Notes: generated by a model from the sequence alone, not told the origin. Counted from the stretch's first letter, positions 8,430 through 17,333 are shown. The stretch is DNA of 64,000 nt from Blastomonas sp. (GCF_030373265.1 NZ_JAUCZC010000007.1:65456-129455), one strand, 5' to 3'. A program made the numbers and translations.

Positions 8430-9771
8430 GCCGCCAAGCCTTTACAATTACCTTAAGCTCATCTGCGCTAAAATTATGAAATCGTCGCTGCTCGAATCCA
8501 GATTTAAACCGATACCGGTTCAATGAATTCCTCAGTTTCGGCCGCTTTATCTTTAAGATCTGCTTTTTTAGCAGTGTATCTAGAGGATCGTATTTTTTTA
8601 GATTTGTGATAATTGGACTATTATAGTATATGCCAGTTGTCGCGCTCGACTTACTATTCTTCAATCGCGCGTTTCCTGTCAGAAATTTCAACCTAGCTAC
8701 GATCTCGCGGTAGGCCTGACGTTGTCTCGTGGGAACGTCCCGCCAATACTCGGCGAATGCGGCATCAACCCTACTCCTCAGTCTCTCAATCTTTGCATCA
8801 CTGGGCTCAATTTCTAGTGTTCTCAATGTTGCTGTATAACTGTAACCAAGATAATCAAACTTCTTTGGAGGACCCTTGTCTCCCAAATTAAAATCTTGCG
8901 TCTTTTTTACGTTGTTGGTCAAACTATGCTTATTAAGTATCTCTAGCACCAAGTCCTTGTAACTTCCGCTAGCTGCACCGACCGGAGGCCTTGCAAAAAC
9001 TGCAAAAATGTCATCCACATAGCGGCAGTAGAGGACAGCTCCAGGTAACTCTCTGATAGCTCGGTCAACGGGTCGGAGAAATAGCTCGGCCAAATAGGCG
9101 CTAATACCCACACCGCGGGGAATTCCTTTTGGGCTACCGCTGATTTTCCCGTAGGAGGTAAATATCTGACGGATGAATCGCTTGGACGATGAACTCAGCA
9201 ATTGATCGCTATCGAGTGCTCTATATAGCTTATCTCGATCAATGCTCTCGTAGAATTCAGAAACGTCTGTCCGGACAAATTCGAATGGAAATCCCGTTCC
9301 AATCGTATCACGAACGCGACACGCAAGTTCATGCCGATTTGACTGCTTAACTTTATAAATACGATAGATATTCCACTGCAGCTGCTTCACCACAAAGAAC
9401 GTTTCAGCTGTGCTATCGATGCAGTAGACGGGCTTTCCATTCGGCCCGGTCTTTTGAGAGAGCGTCAATCTAAATTCAGGCTTGGCGACCTCAGCGCTGA
9501 GCTTTTCCATCTCGACATCGACGGCATTCGACTTCGTGGCTTTCAATTCGGCAAGCTCGGCCTTTATTTTCGACTCTGCCGTCTCAAATACCGAAGCAAC
9601 CAAGGATGCTTTGCCCTTCCTCAATTTTCTGAGTTCGGCAACCTTATCTCGAACAGCACCAGTCATTGGGCAAAGATGCGGAAAGTATCTGCCGACGACA
9701 TCCAGCCCCTTGCGATTTTCCCTGTCGAATATTCGCCGGAAATTTTCGGCCGTGAACATCTGATCTAGCAA
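8422..9771 (-). CDS. reverse transcriptase, small (449 aa), Drt3a/UG3-like defence RT
   Basis: RT motifs RTDVSEFYESIDRDKL, GIPRGVGISAYLAELFL, LYCRYVDDIFAVFA (YVDD) and FDYLGYSY. Track start is TTG at 9771, with GGGGGA about 8 nt upstream. An alternative ATG lies at 9759 (MFTAENFRRIF). Confidence 0.8.
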   Translation of the reverse strand: MLDQMFTAENFRRIFDRENRKGLDVVGRYFPHLCPMTGAVRDKVAELRKLRKGKASLVASVFETAESKIKAELAELKATKSNAVDVEMEKLSAEVAKPEFRLTLSQKTGPNGKPVYCIDSTAETFFVVKQLQWNIYRIYKVKQSNRHELACRVRDTIGTGFPFEFVRTDVSEFYESIDRDKLYRALDSDQLLSSSSKRFIRQIFTSYGKISGSPKGIPRGVGISAYLAELFLRPVDRAIRELPGAVLYCRYVDDIFAVFARPPVGAASGSYKDLVLEILNKHSLTNNVKKTQDFNLGDKGPPKKFDYLGYSYTATLRTLEIEPSDAKIERLRSRVDAAFAEYWRDVPTRQRQAYREIVARLKFLTGNARLKNSKSSATTGIYYNSPIITNLKKYDPLDTLLKKQILKIKRPKLRNSLNRYRFKSGFEQRRFHNFSADELKVIVKAWRHV

Positions 9772-10043
9772 CTAGCCGTCCCCCATAATATCACGGCTTT
9801 TAACCGCCGTTCGGCCCTTAGTCTCCACGCATACGCTGCCATGCTCGAATAAGGGACGCCAGCTAAATACACATTTCCCGTCAGATTGAAGTCAGTTTCC
9901 CCGGGAGCCACCCGGAAGCTAGCTGAATGTCAAAAAGTGAGATGGCGCCCCTCACAGCCAGCCGCACTTGCAGCGATCGGCGCGAGCCCTCTGGCTCCAG
10001 GCTTTAGCCCTGGATTTCTGTAAGCACCGCTAGCCGTTTCTGA

Positions 10044-11756
10044 TCACGTGTCTTCCCGCCTTGCTGACCTGCGAGCAGCCAGCCCCTTTTGGAGGACGCC
10101 CTTTATGGTCCGTAGCTGACGCGGGCTTAGGCCTTCGCGTGACAATCGCCGTCCGCTCACGTAAAAATCTAGCGCAATACTCGTCGTTTTCGCGTCGATC
10201 ACGACCGTCCGAACACCTGATTTAAAACGAATGCCGACCCTTCGGGCTTTGTGATGGAAACTCATTTTTTCAACTAATTCGGAGATAGCCACGCGAACTA
10301 TAGACCGCGCCGGAAATCTAACATTCTCATCAGAGGAGTGGATTTCGTTTCTCAATACTTCAATTCGTTTTGCGTGCTCATCTGGCGAAACAGCGCCGCG
10401 CGCTTGAACGAGCGATGCGTTCAAATGGGCAATGAGCCCCTCTTGCGCATCGAACAATTCGATCATTTTCTTGTATTTTTCCAGCGTTTCTTCACGTCGC
10501 ATGCTAATATGCGTCTCAAGCGCGCTATCTGCGCGAGCACGTAGTCGTTCGAGTTCTAATTTTGCTATGGCGCAATCATGTGCAATATTGGCAGCTTGAC
10601 GCGGTGCGGCAAAATGAGCGTCACCAACAGCATCTGAAAGAATCGCATTGAGCACGCCTTGTTCGACTGACGAGTAATTGAACCGAACGTTATTCTTACA
10701 TTTGCCTCCGTGGTCTTGAATAATGCCGCGCTGCATCGCATCGCAGACAAGATAGTCCTCGTAAACGACACGACTATCTGCCCGCTTCTTCTGCCCTTTT
10801 GATCTTAAGGTCATCTTAGCACCGCACCCAGCACAGTATGCCAGGCCAGAAAAGAGATTAGCCAGGCGCCGACCCTGCCCCATATTTAGCCGAGCCTTAT
10901 CTTGCATACTAACCCTCGCACGGGCGTAGAGGTCGGCGCTGATAATCGCGGGGTAATAGTTTTTAATAGGGTCGCCAACTAGTGAACGTTTGCCACTACC
11001 CGACTTCTTGCCTAGTTGAAATTCACCTAGCACGGCTACGTTGTTCAATATCTTTTGAATGTAAGAAGCATGCCAAGCCTGTGATTTTCCAAACGTTGGC
11101 ACCTCCTCTTCGTTCAAACGGCGTGCAATATGATGCTTCCCAAACCCTTGCGCTGTCTCTTCGAAGATACGGACAACGACCTGCGCACGGTCTGCAATAA
11201 TTTTGAAACCCTTTCGTCCCTCACCCACGAGCAACCAAGCCGGCGCTCTGGACGTGAGGATGACATTCTCGCCAGCAAGAATCCGCGCACGCTTGTCGTC
11301 CCATGACGCTGTAATGCGCTCACTCTTTTTCAACGACTCGCGGTGAGCAAGATCGGCCTTGACCACCAGCTCGATTATGGTCGCCATGTCGAGATTATCT
11401 TGCCGATATTGTCGGTCCCCCTCGACGGTTGCTACGATCACCCCGAGGCTTGTGATTTGCTCCAACCAAGTGAAGACCTTTTTCGGCTCTTCTCGGGATA
11501 GGCGGTCCAGGTTCTCGACCAGCAACACGACCCCGTCTTTGAATTCCCCATCCTCTATTCGGGCCTGAATATGCGACATTTTGCCTGCCCGCCGGTGTCC
11601 TCCAGTGAATGCCGAAACCCCCTCCTCTATGATCTCCTCGACAATTTTCCACCCACGCACGCTTGCATGCTCGCGGCACCTTTCGAGCTGGCGGACCTTG
11701 GATGAACCGGCTGACTGTTCTGCACTGGACCAGCGCACATATAGTATGGTATTCAT
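10044..11756 (-). CDS. large serine recombinase (island integrase)
   Basis: Track ORF 10044..11924 runs across attR into comM antisense. The real start is ATG at 11756 (MNTILYVRWSSAEQSAGSS, resolvase catalytic-Ser motif). A recombinase domain, Cys-rich zinc-ribbon region (CAGCGAKM...) and coiled-coil tail follow. Confidence 0.85.
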   Translation of the reverse strand: MNTILYVRWSSAEQSAGSSKVRQLERCREHASVRGWKIVEEIIEEGVSAFTGGHRRAGKMSHIQARIEDGEFKDGVVLLVENLDRLSREEPKKVFTWLEQITSLGVIVATVEGDRQYRQDNLDMATIIELVVKADLAHRESLKKSERITASWDDKRARILAGENVILTSRAPAWLLVGEGRKGFKIIADRAQVVVRIFEETAQGFGKHHIARRLNEEEVPTFGKSQAWHASYIQKILNNVAVLGEFQLGKKSGSGKRSLVGDPIKNYYPAIISADLYARARVSMQDKARLNMGQGRRLANLFSGLAYCAGCGAKMTLRSKGQKKRADSRVVYEDYLVCDAMQRGIIQDHGGKCKNNVRFNYSSVEQGVLNAILSDAVGDAHFAAPRQAANIAHDCAIAKLELERLRARADSALETHISMRREETLEKYKKMIELFDAQEGLIAHLNASLVQARGAVSPDEHAKRIEVLRNEIHSSDENVRFPARSIVRVAISELVEKMSFHHKARRVGIRFKSGVRTVVIDAKTTSIALDFYVSGRRLSREGLSPRQLRTIKGVLQKGLAARRSARREDT

Positions 11757-11787
11757 TTGTAACGATTTATCATAAGGAGTAGCTTGA

Positions 11788-11798
11788 CACAACAGGGT
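11788..11798. other. attR junction core (CACAACAGGGT)
   Basis: Partner of 721-731. The sequence to its right is comM, with GTG ATG GTC GGG CCG CCG encoding VMVGPPG. Confidence 0.7.
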
Positions 11799-12669
11799 GA
11801 TGGTCGGGCCGCCGGGCGCGGGCAAGTCGCTGATGGCCTCGTGCCTTCCTGGCATTCTGCCACCGCTGACCCCGGAAGAGGCACTCGAAGTCTCGATGGT
11901 CGCATCGGTCGCAGGCACGCTCACCGACGGCCGGATCAGCCGCGCGCGCCCGTTCCGCGCGCCCCATCACAGCGCCTCGATGGCGGCACTGGTCGGCGGT
12001 GGGCTCAAGGTGCGCCCGGGTGAGGTCAGCATGGCGCATCTGGGCGTGCTGTTCCTCGACGAACTGCCCGAGTTTCAACGCACCGTGCTCGATTCGCTGC
12101 GCCAGCCGCTCCAGACCGGCGAGGTCAGCGTCGCGCGCGCCAATGCGCACGTCACCTTTCCGGCGCGGGTGCAGATGATCGCAGCGATGAACCCGTGCCG
12201 TTGCGGGCACCTGGGTGATCCGGCGCTCGGCTGCTCGCGCGCGCCGCGCTGCGCTGCCGACTATCAGGCCAAGGTGTCGGGCCCGCTGCTCGACCGCATC
12301 GACCTGCATGTCGAGGTCGAGGCGGTGACCGCTGCCGACCTGACCCTGCCCCCGCCCGCCGAGGGCTCGGCCGAAGTCGCCGCCCGCGTCGCCGCCGCCC
12401 GCGCGCTGCAGACCGCGCGCTACGCCGATATCAAGGCGCGCACCAATGCCGAGATCGACGGCGAGGCGCTGGAGCGGTTCGCGACCCCGGATGAGCCAGC
12501 GCGGCAGCTATTGGCCCGCGCCGCCGAAGCGATGCGGCTCTCGGCGCGGGGGTATACGCGGGTGTTGAGAGTAGCGCGCACAATCGCGGATTTAAGCGGC
12601 GCGGAAACTGTGGGCCGGGTGCAGGTGGCGGAGGCTTTGAGTTATCGGCGAAGGGCGCCGGTGGGGTGA
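11797..12669 (+). pseudogene. comM/yifB 3' fragment (AAA+ ATPase and C-terminal domains)
   Basis: Starts directly with (V)MVGPPGAGKSLMA Walker A. Further motifs are GVLFLDELPEF Walker B and the C-terminal ARGYTRVLRVARTIADL, all typical of ComM/YifB. It has no N-terminal domain of its own. Confidence 0.85.
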
Positions 12670-12697
12670 GGCAGCGGAGCCCCCCGACCCCGCTGCC
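12670..12697. terminator. hairpin between convergent comM and bdhA
   Basis: GGCAGCGG-(12 nt)-CCGCTGCC, an 8-bp stem located between two stop codons. Confidence 0.45.
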
Positions 12698-12708
12698 GTC
12701 GTCGCATG

Positions 12709-13491
12709 TTACTGCGCAGTCCAGCCGCCATCGACGGGAATCGCGGTGCCGGTGATTTGCGCTGCCGCTTCGCTCGAGAGGAACGCGGCGAGTTCGCCCA
12801 TCTGTTCGGGGGTGGCGAACTGCTTGCTCGGCTGCTTTTCGATCAGCAGCTTTTCGGTCGCGGCTTCCACGCTGATGCCCTGGTCGGCCGCCATCGCCTC
12901 GATCTGCTTCTGCACCAGCGGGGTGTGAACCCAGCCGGGGCAGATGGTGTTGCTGGTGATCCCGGTGCCGGCGTTCTCAAGCGCGACGACCTTGCTGAGG
13001 CCGACGACGCCATGCTTGGCCGCGACATAGGCCGCCTTGTGCTTGCTGGCGATCAGGCCGTGCACCGATCCGATGTTGATGATGCGGCCGAAGCCCTTGG
13101 CCTTCATGTGCGGGAGGGCCGCCTGGATGGCGAAGAAGATGCCCGACAGGTTGATCGCAATCACCGCATTCCATTTGTCCGCGGGAAAGTCCTCGACCGC
13201 GTCGGTGTGCTGGATGCCGGCGTTGTTGACGAGGATGTCGACCGAGCCCAGCTTTTCGACGCACAATTCGACCATCGCCTTGACATCATCGGGCTTGGAC
13301 ATGTCGGCGTTGCTGTAGACGACCTCGACGCCATATTTGGCGGCGAGGCCGGCGCGCTCCTTTTCTATTTCATCGGCATCGCCGAAGCCGGTGATGACCA
13401 GATTGGCACCCTTGGACGCCAGAACATTGGCGATGCCCAGACCAATTCCACTGGTCGAGCCGGTGACGACGGCATTCAGTCCCTTAAGCAT
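12709..13491 (-). CDS. bdhA: D-3-hydroxybutyrate dehydrogenase (SDR family)
   Basis: 260 aa with GSTSGIGLGIA cofactor motif, SVHGLIASKHKAAYVAAKHGVVGLSKV catalytic region, ICPGWVHTPLV, and a C-terminal DGGWTAQ as in characterised BDHs. Confidence 0.85.
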   Translation of the reverse strand: MLKGLNAVVTGSTSGIGLGIANVLASKGANLVITGFGDADEIEKERAGLAAKYGVEVVYSNADMSKPDDVKAMVELCVEKLGSVDILVNNAGIQHTDAVEDFPADKWNAVIAINLSGIFFAIQAALPHMKAKGFGRIINIGSVHGLIASKHKAAYVAAKHGVVGLSKVVALENAGTGITSNTICPGWVHTPLVQKQIEAMAADQGISVEAATEKLLIEKQPSKQFATPEQMGELAAFLSSEAAAQITGTAIPVDGGWTAQ

Positions 13492-13642
13492 GTGAGATCC
13501 CCTCGATACGGTTGCGCGGTGCGGCCCGGAAGCATTGTTCGCAAGTGCAGCGAATCGCTCTTGCCGACTCGTCTAACGTGAGTTACCCCTACGTTCCAAC
13601 GGAAATATACGGGTTTCGCATCAGTTTCTGGGGGGAAATGCG

Positions 13643-14731
13643 ATGGCGACGGCTGACCCGTTGACTGCGGCAGATGCTGCGGGTGCGAAATCCAAAAGTG
13701 ACAAATATGTTGCGGCCGCGAACAGCAAGCCGGTCAACCTGGCGCTACAGGGCGGCGGTGCGCACGGGGCGTTTGCCTGGGGGGTGCTCGACCGATTGCT
13801 CGAGGATGGGCGGCTCAAGTTCGATGCGGTGAGCGCGACCAGCGCCGGCGCGATGAACGCCACTGTGCTGGGCTATGGCCTGACCATCGGCGGCGCCGAC
13901 GGGGCGCGCGAAGAGCTCGAGAAATTCTGGAAGAAGATCAGCGACGAAGGCGCCAAGGGCCCGCTGCAGCCATCGTGGATCGACAAGGCGATGGGCAACC
14001 ACAGCCTCGATTTCAGCCCGGCGTTCCTGATGATGGACATCCTCTCGCGGGTGATGTCGCCGTACGAGCTCAACCCGTTCAACCTCAATCCGCTGCGCGA
14101 TGTCCTGCAAGGCGCGGTGGATTTCAACGTGCTGCGCGAGGGCTGCCCGATCAAACTGTTCCTCTCGGCCACCAACGTGCGCACCGGCAAGGTCCGCATG
14201 TTCGAGAACCACGAGATCGGCCCCGATCAGGTGCTCGCTTCGGGCTGCCTGCCGTTCATGTTCCAGACCATCGAGATCGATGGCGAGGCCTATTGGGACG
14301 GCGGCTATATGGGCAACCCGGCGATCTTTCCGCTGATCTACGGCAGCCAGACCAACGATGTCGTGATCGTCCATATCAATCCGCTCAACCGCGAGGAAAT
14401 CCCCAAGACCGCCAAGGATATCCTCAACCGGATCAACGAGATCAGCTTCAATTCCAGCCTGATGCGCGAGATGCGCGCAATCGCGTTCGTCACGCATCTG
14501 ATCGATGACGGCCAGCTCAACGACGACAAGCACCGCCGGATGCTGATCCACTCGATCCAGGACGAGGTCTTCATGGAAAGCCTTGGCGTCACCAGCAAAT
14601 TGAACCCCGACTGGGGCTTCATGAAGAAGCTGCGCGATGTCGGCCGCGCCTGCGCCACCAAATGGCTCGACGAGCATTTCGACGATGTCGGGGTCAACTC
14701 GTCGACGGACATCAAATCCTTTTTCCTGTGA
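13643..14731 (+). CDS. patatin-like phospholipase/esterase family protein
   Basis: 362 aa with oxyanion motif LALQGGGAHGAFAWGVL, nucleophile elbow SATSAGAMNA (GxSxG variant) and DGGYMGNPA catalytic Asp motif. Confidence 0.8.
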   Translation: MATADPLTAADAAGAKSKSDKYVAAANSKPVNLALQGGGAHGAFAWGVLDRLLEDGRLKFDAVSATSAGAMNATVLGYGLTIGGADGAREELEKFWKKISDEGAKGPLQPSWIDKAMGNHSLDFSPAFLMMDILSRVMSPYELNPFNLNPLRDVLQGAVDFNVLREGCPIKLFLSATNVRTGKVRMFENHEIGPDQVLASGCLPFMFQTIEIDGEAYWDGGYMGNPAIFPLIYGSQTNDVVIVHINPLNREEIPKTAKDILNRINEISFNSSLMREMRAIAFVTHLIDDGQLNDDKHRRMLIHSIQDEVFMESLGVTSKLNPDWGFMKKLRDVGRACATKWLDEHFDDVGVNSSTDIKSFFL

Positions 14732-14778
14732 ACTGCCGTTTTCTCTGAACCTCTGGTCAAAAAGGGGGCTGCCTGACC

Positions 14779-15534
14779 ATGACACCTCAAGACATCCTCA
14801 AACTGCCGTCGATGCCCGCGGTCGCGCCCAGCTATCCGCTCGGGCCATACCGCTTCGTCAACCGCGAATTCATGATCGTGACCTACGAGACCGATCCGGT
14901 CGCACTGCGCGCCGCGGTGCCCGAGCCGCTCGAGCCCAACGCCGACAATCTGGTGCTCTACGAGTGGATCAAGATGCCCGACAGCTCGGGCTTTGGCGAC
15001 TATACCGAAAGCGGCATCGTCATCCCCTGCACCTATCAGGGCGAACCGATCAACTATACCGCGCAGATGTATCTCGACGACGAACCGCCGATCAGCGCGG
15101 GCCGCGAGATCTGGGGTTTCCCCAAGAAATACGCGCTGCCCAAGTTGATCGTCGCCTCGGACACGCTGACCGGGACATTGTCCTATGCGGGGCAGACCGT
15201 CGCAATGGGGACGATGGCCTATAAGTGGCAGGAAAGCCCCGGCGGCTGCGAGGCGCAGGCCAAATCGATGACCAAGACATCGTGCAACCTCAAGATCATC
15301 CCCGACGTCGATGGCAGCCCCAAGATCTGCCAGCTGGTCGCATACAACCTCGAGGACATTACGGTGAAGGGCAGCTGGGTCAGCCCGGCGCGGTTGCAGC
15401 TGATTCCGCATGTCAACGCGCCGGTGGCGGACCTTCCGATCCTGCGCATCGTCGGCGGAAAGCACTTCGTCAGCGATCTCACGCTACCGCACGGGCGGGT
15501 GCTGTTCGATTACATCAAAGACGCCGCGGGCTGA
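14779..15534 (+). CDS. adc: acetoacetate decarboxylase family protein, canonical active-site residues present
   Basis: 251 aa. PYRFVNREF (Arg29 equivalent), DYTESG (Glu76 equivalent) and GREIWGFPKKYALPKL (Lys115/Lys116 equivalents) align colinearly with Clostridium Adc as I recall its sequence. Confidence 0.8.
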   Translation: MTPQDILKLPSMPAVAPSYPLGPYRFVNREFMIVTYETDPVALRAAVPEPLEPNADNLVLYEWIKMPDSSGFGDYTESGIVIPCTYQGEPINYTAQMYLDDEPPISAGREIWGFPKKYALPKLIVASDTLTGTLSYAGQTVAMGTMAYKWQESPGGCEAQAKSMTKTSCNLKIIPDVDGSPKICQLVAYNLEDITVKGSWVSPARLQLIPHVNAPVADLPILRIVGGKHFVSDLTLPHGRVLFDYIKDAAG

Positions 15535-15545
15535 GGGAGGGACAT

Positions 15546-16283
15546 ATGAACAAGCAGGATGTGCTGCAGCTCAGCTCGATGCCGCTGCAAAGCCCGACCT
15601 ATCCGGTGGGCCCGTACAAATTCTTCGAACGCCAGTACATGATCGTCAACTATCGCACCGATCCGGCCAAGATCCGCGCGATGCTGCCCGAGCCGCTCGA
15701 GCCCGATGGCGATACCGTATCGATCCAGTGGCTCGATCTGCCCGATGGCGAGGGCTTCGGCGCCTATTCGGCGGTCGCGCAGGCGATCCCCTGCACGCTC
15801 AATGGCGAGAAGTGCAGTTTCCTTACCCAGATGTATGTCGACAACTGCCCGCCGCTGGCAGGTGGACGCGAGATCTGGGGCTATCCGATGAAGTACGGCA
15901 TCGCCAAGCTCGACACGGTCGGCGACACGCTGACCGGGGTGCTGACCTATGCCGGGCAGACCGTCGCCAGCGGAACGATGGTCTACAAGCACGGCAGCCC
16001 GACCGATCCATCGGCGATCGAGGCGCTGCTCAAGCGCACCCAGGTGACGCTCAAGCTGATTCCCGACATCGACGGGTCGCCCGCGATCGCGCAACTGGTG
16101 GGCATCACCTTTGCCGATGTCGTGATCAAGGGTGCGTGGACCGGCCGTGCGCGCGTCGAACTGGTCGATTCGGTCAACTGCCCGCTCGCCGACCTTCCGG
16201 TGCTCGAACATACAGGCGGGCTGCATCTGGTGACCGACATGACGCTGCCGTATGGCCGCGTGCTGCACGATTATCTGGGCTGA
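15546..16283 (+). CDS. acetoacetate decarboxylase-family paralog with substituted catalytic residues
   Basis: Internal ATG 15546 of ORF 15225..16283, preceded by GAGGGAGG. 245 aa, MNKQDVLQLSSMPLQSPTYPVGPYKFFERQYM. It has AYSAVAQ in place of YTESG and GYPMKYG in place of PKK. Confidence 0.75.
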   Translation: MNKQDVLQLSSMPLQSPTYPVGPYKFFERQYMIVNYRTDPAKIRAMLPEPLEPDGDTVSIQWLDLPDGEGFGAYSAVAQAIPCTLNGEKCSFLTQMYVDNCPPLAGGREIWGYPMKYGIAKLDTVGDTLTGVLTYAGQTVASGTMVYKHGSPTDPSAIEALLKRTQVTLKLIPDIDGSPAIAQLVGITFADVVIKGAWTGRARVELVDSVNCPLADLPVLEHTGGLHLVTDMTLPYGRVLHDYLG

Positions 16284-16306
16284 ATCGCCCCACGCGTCCG
16301 CTCCGA

Positions 16307-16342
16307 AACCCCGGCACGGTTACGGCCGCGCCGGGGTTTTCG
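16307..16342. terminator. rho-independent terminator between adc paralog and arsC-family gene
   Basis: AACCCCGGC-(14 nt)-GCCGGGGTT followed by TTTT-containing tail. Confidence 0.7.
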
Positions 16343-16345
16343 TGT

Positions 16346-16693
16346 TCAGAGCAGTTCGGCCACCGTCTCGCTGGGACGGCAGAGCCTCACCGCTGTGGGC
16401 GTCACCACGATCGGGCGGTTGATCAAGATCGGATGCGCCATCATCGCATCGATGATCTGCGCGTCGGAGACGCCGGCGTCATCGAGCCCCAGGTCCTTGA
16501 CCAGGGGCTCCTTGGCACGCAGCAGGCCGCGTGCGCCGCCGTCAGCGCGCGCGATCAGGCTTTCCAGAGTCTCGCGCGAGGGCGGGGTCTTGAGATATTC
16601 GATGACCTCAGGCTCATGCCCCGCCTCGCGGATTGCGGCGAGCACGTTGCGCGAGGTGCCGCATCTGGGGTTGTGATAGACGGTGAACGACAT
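16346..16693 (-). CDS. ArsC/Spx-family arsenate reductase-like protein
   Basis: 115 aa. MSFTVYHNPRCGTSRNVLAAIREAGHEPEVIEYLKTPP matches the glutaredoxin-type ArsC family N-terminus with its catalytic Cys. Confidence 0.75.
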   Translation of the reverse strand: MSFTVYHNPRCGTSRNVLAAIREAGHEPEVIEYLKTPPSRETLESLIARADGGARGLLRAKEPLVKDLGLDDAGVSDAQIIDAMMAHPILINRPIVVTPTAVRLCRPSETVAELL

Positions 16694-16710
16694 CGCCTGG
16701 TGCCCTCGGA

Positions 16711-17262
<552 letters not shown>

Positions 17263-17333
17263 ATGCTTTCCCCGGAAATGTGATGCTGTGATGGATGGAC
17301 CGGGCAAGGTTTCGCGCCGATCGGTTGTGCCGT

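Larger units (their letters stand above)
731..11796. mobile_element. Integrative mobilizable element (~11.1 kb) inserted in comM: serine recombinase, RHH/T4CP/MOBF relaxase module and a dual-RT cargo
   Basis: It splits an otherwise contiguous comM reading frame and is flanked by the imperfect direct repeat. G+C is lower than the flanks. It carries recombinase, relaxase and coupling-protein genes but no VirB/Trb-type mating-pair genes. Confidence 0.8.

Noticed and set aside
11757-11924. N-terminal 56 codons of track ORF 10044..11924 (recombinase)
   Set aside because: This stretch crosses attR into comM antisense sequence. The conserved resolvase domain begins at the internal Met (11756).
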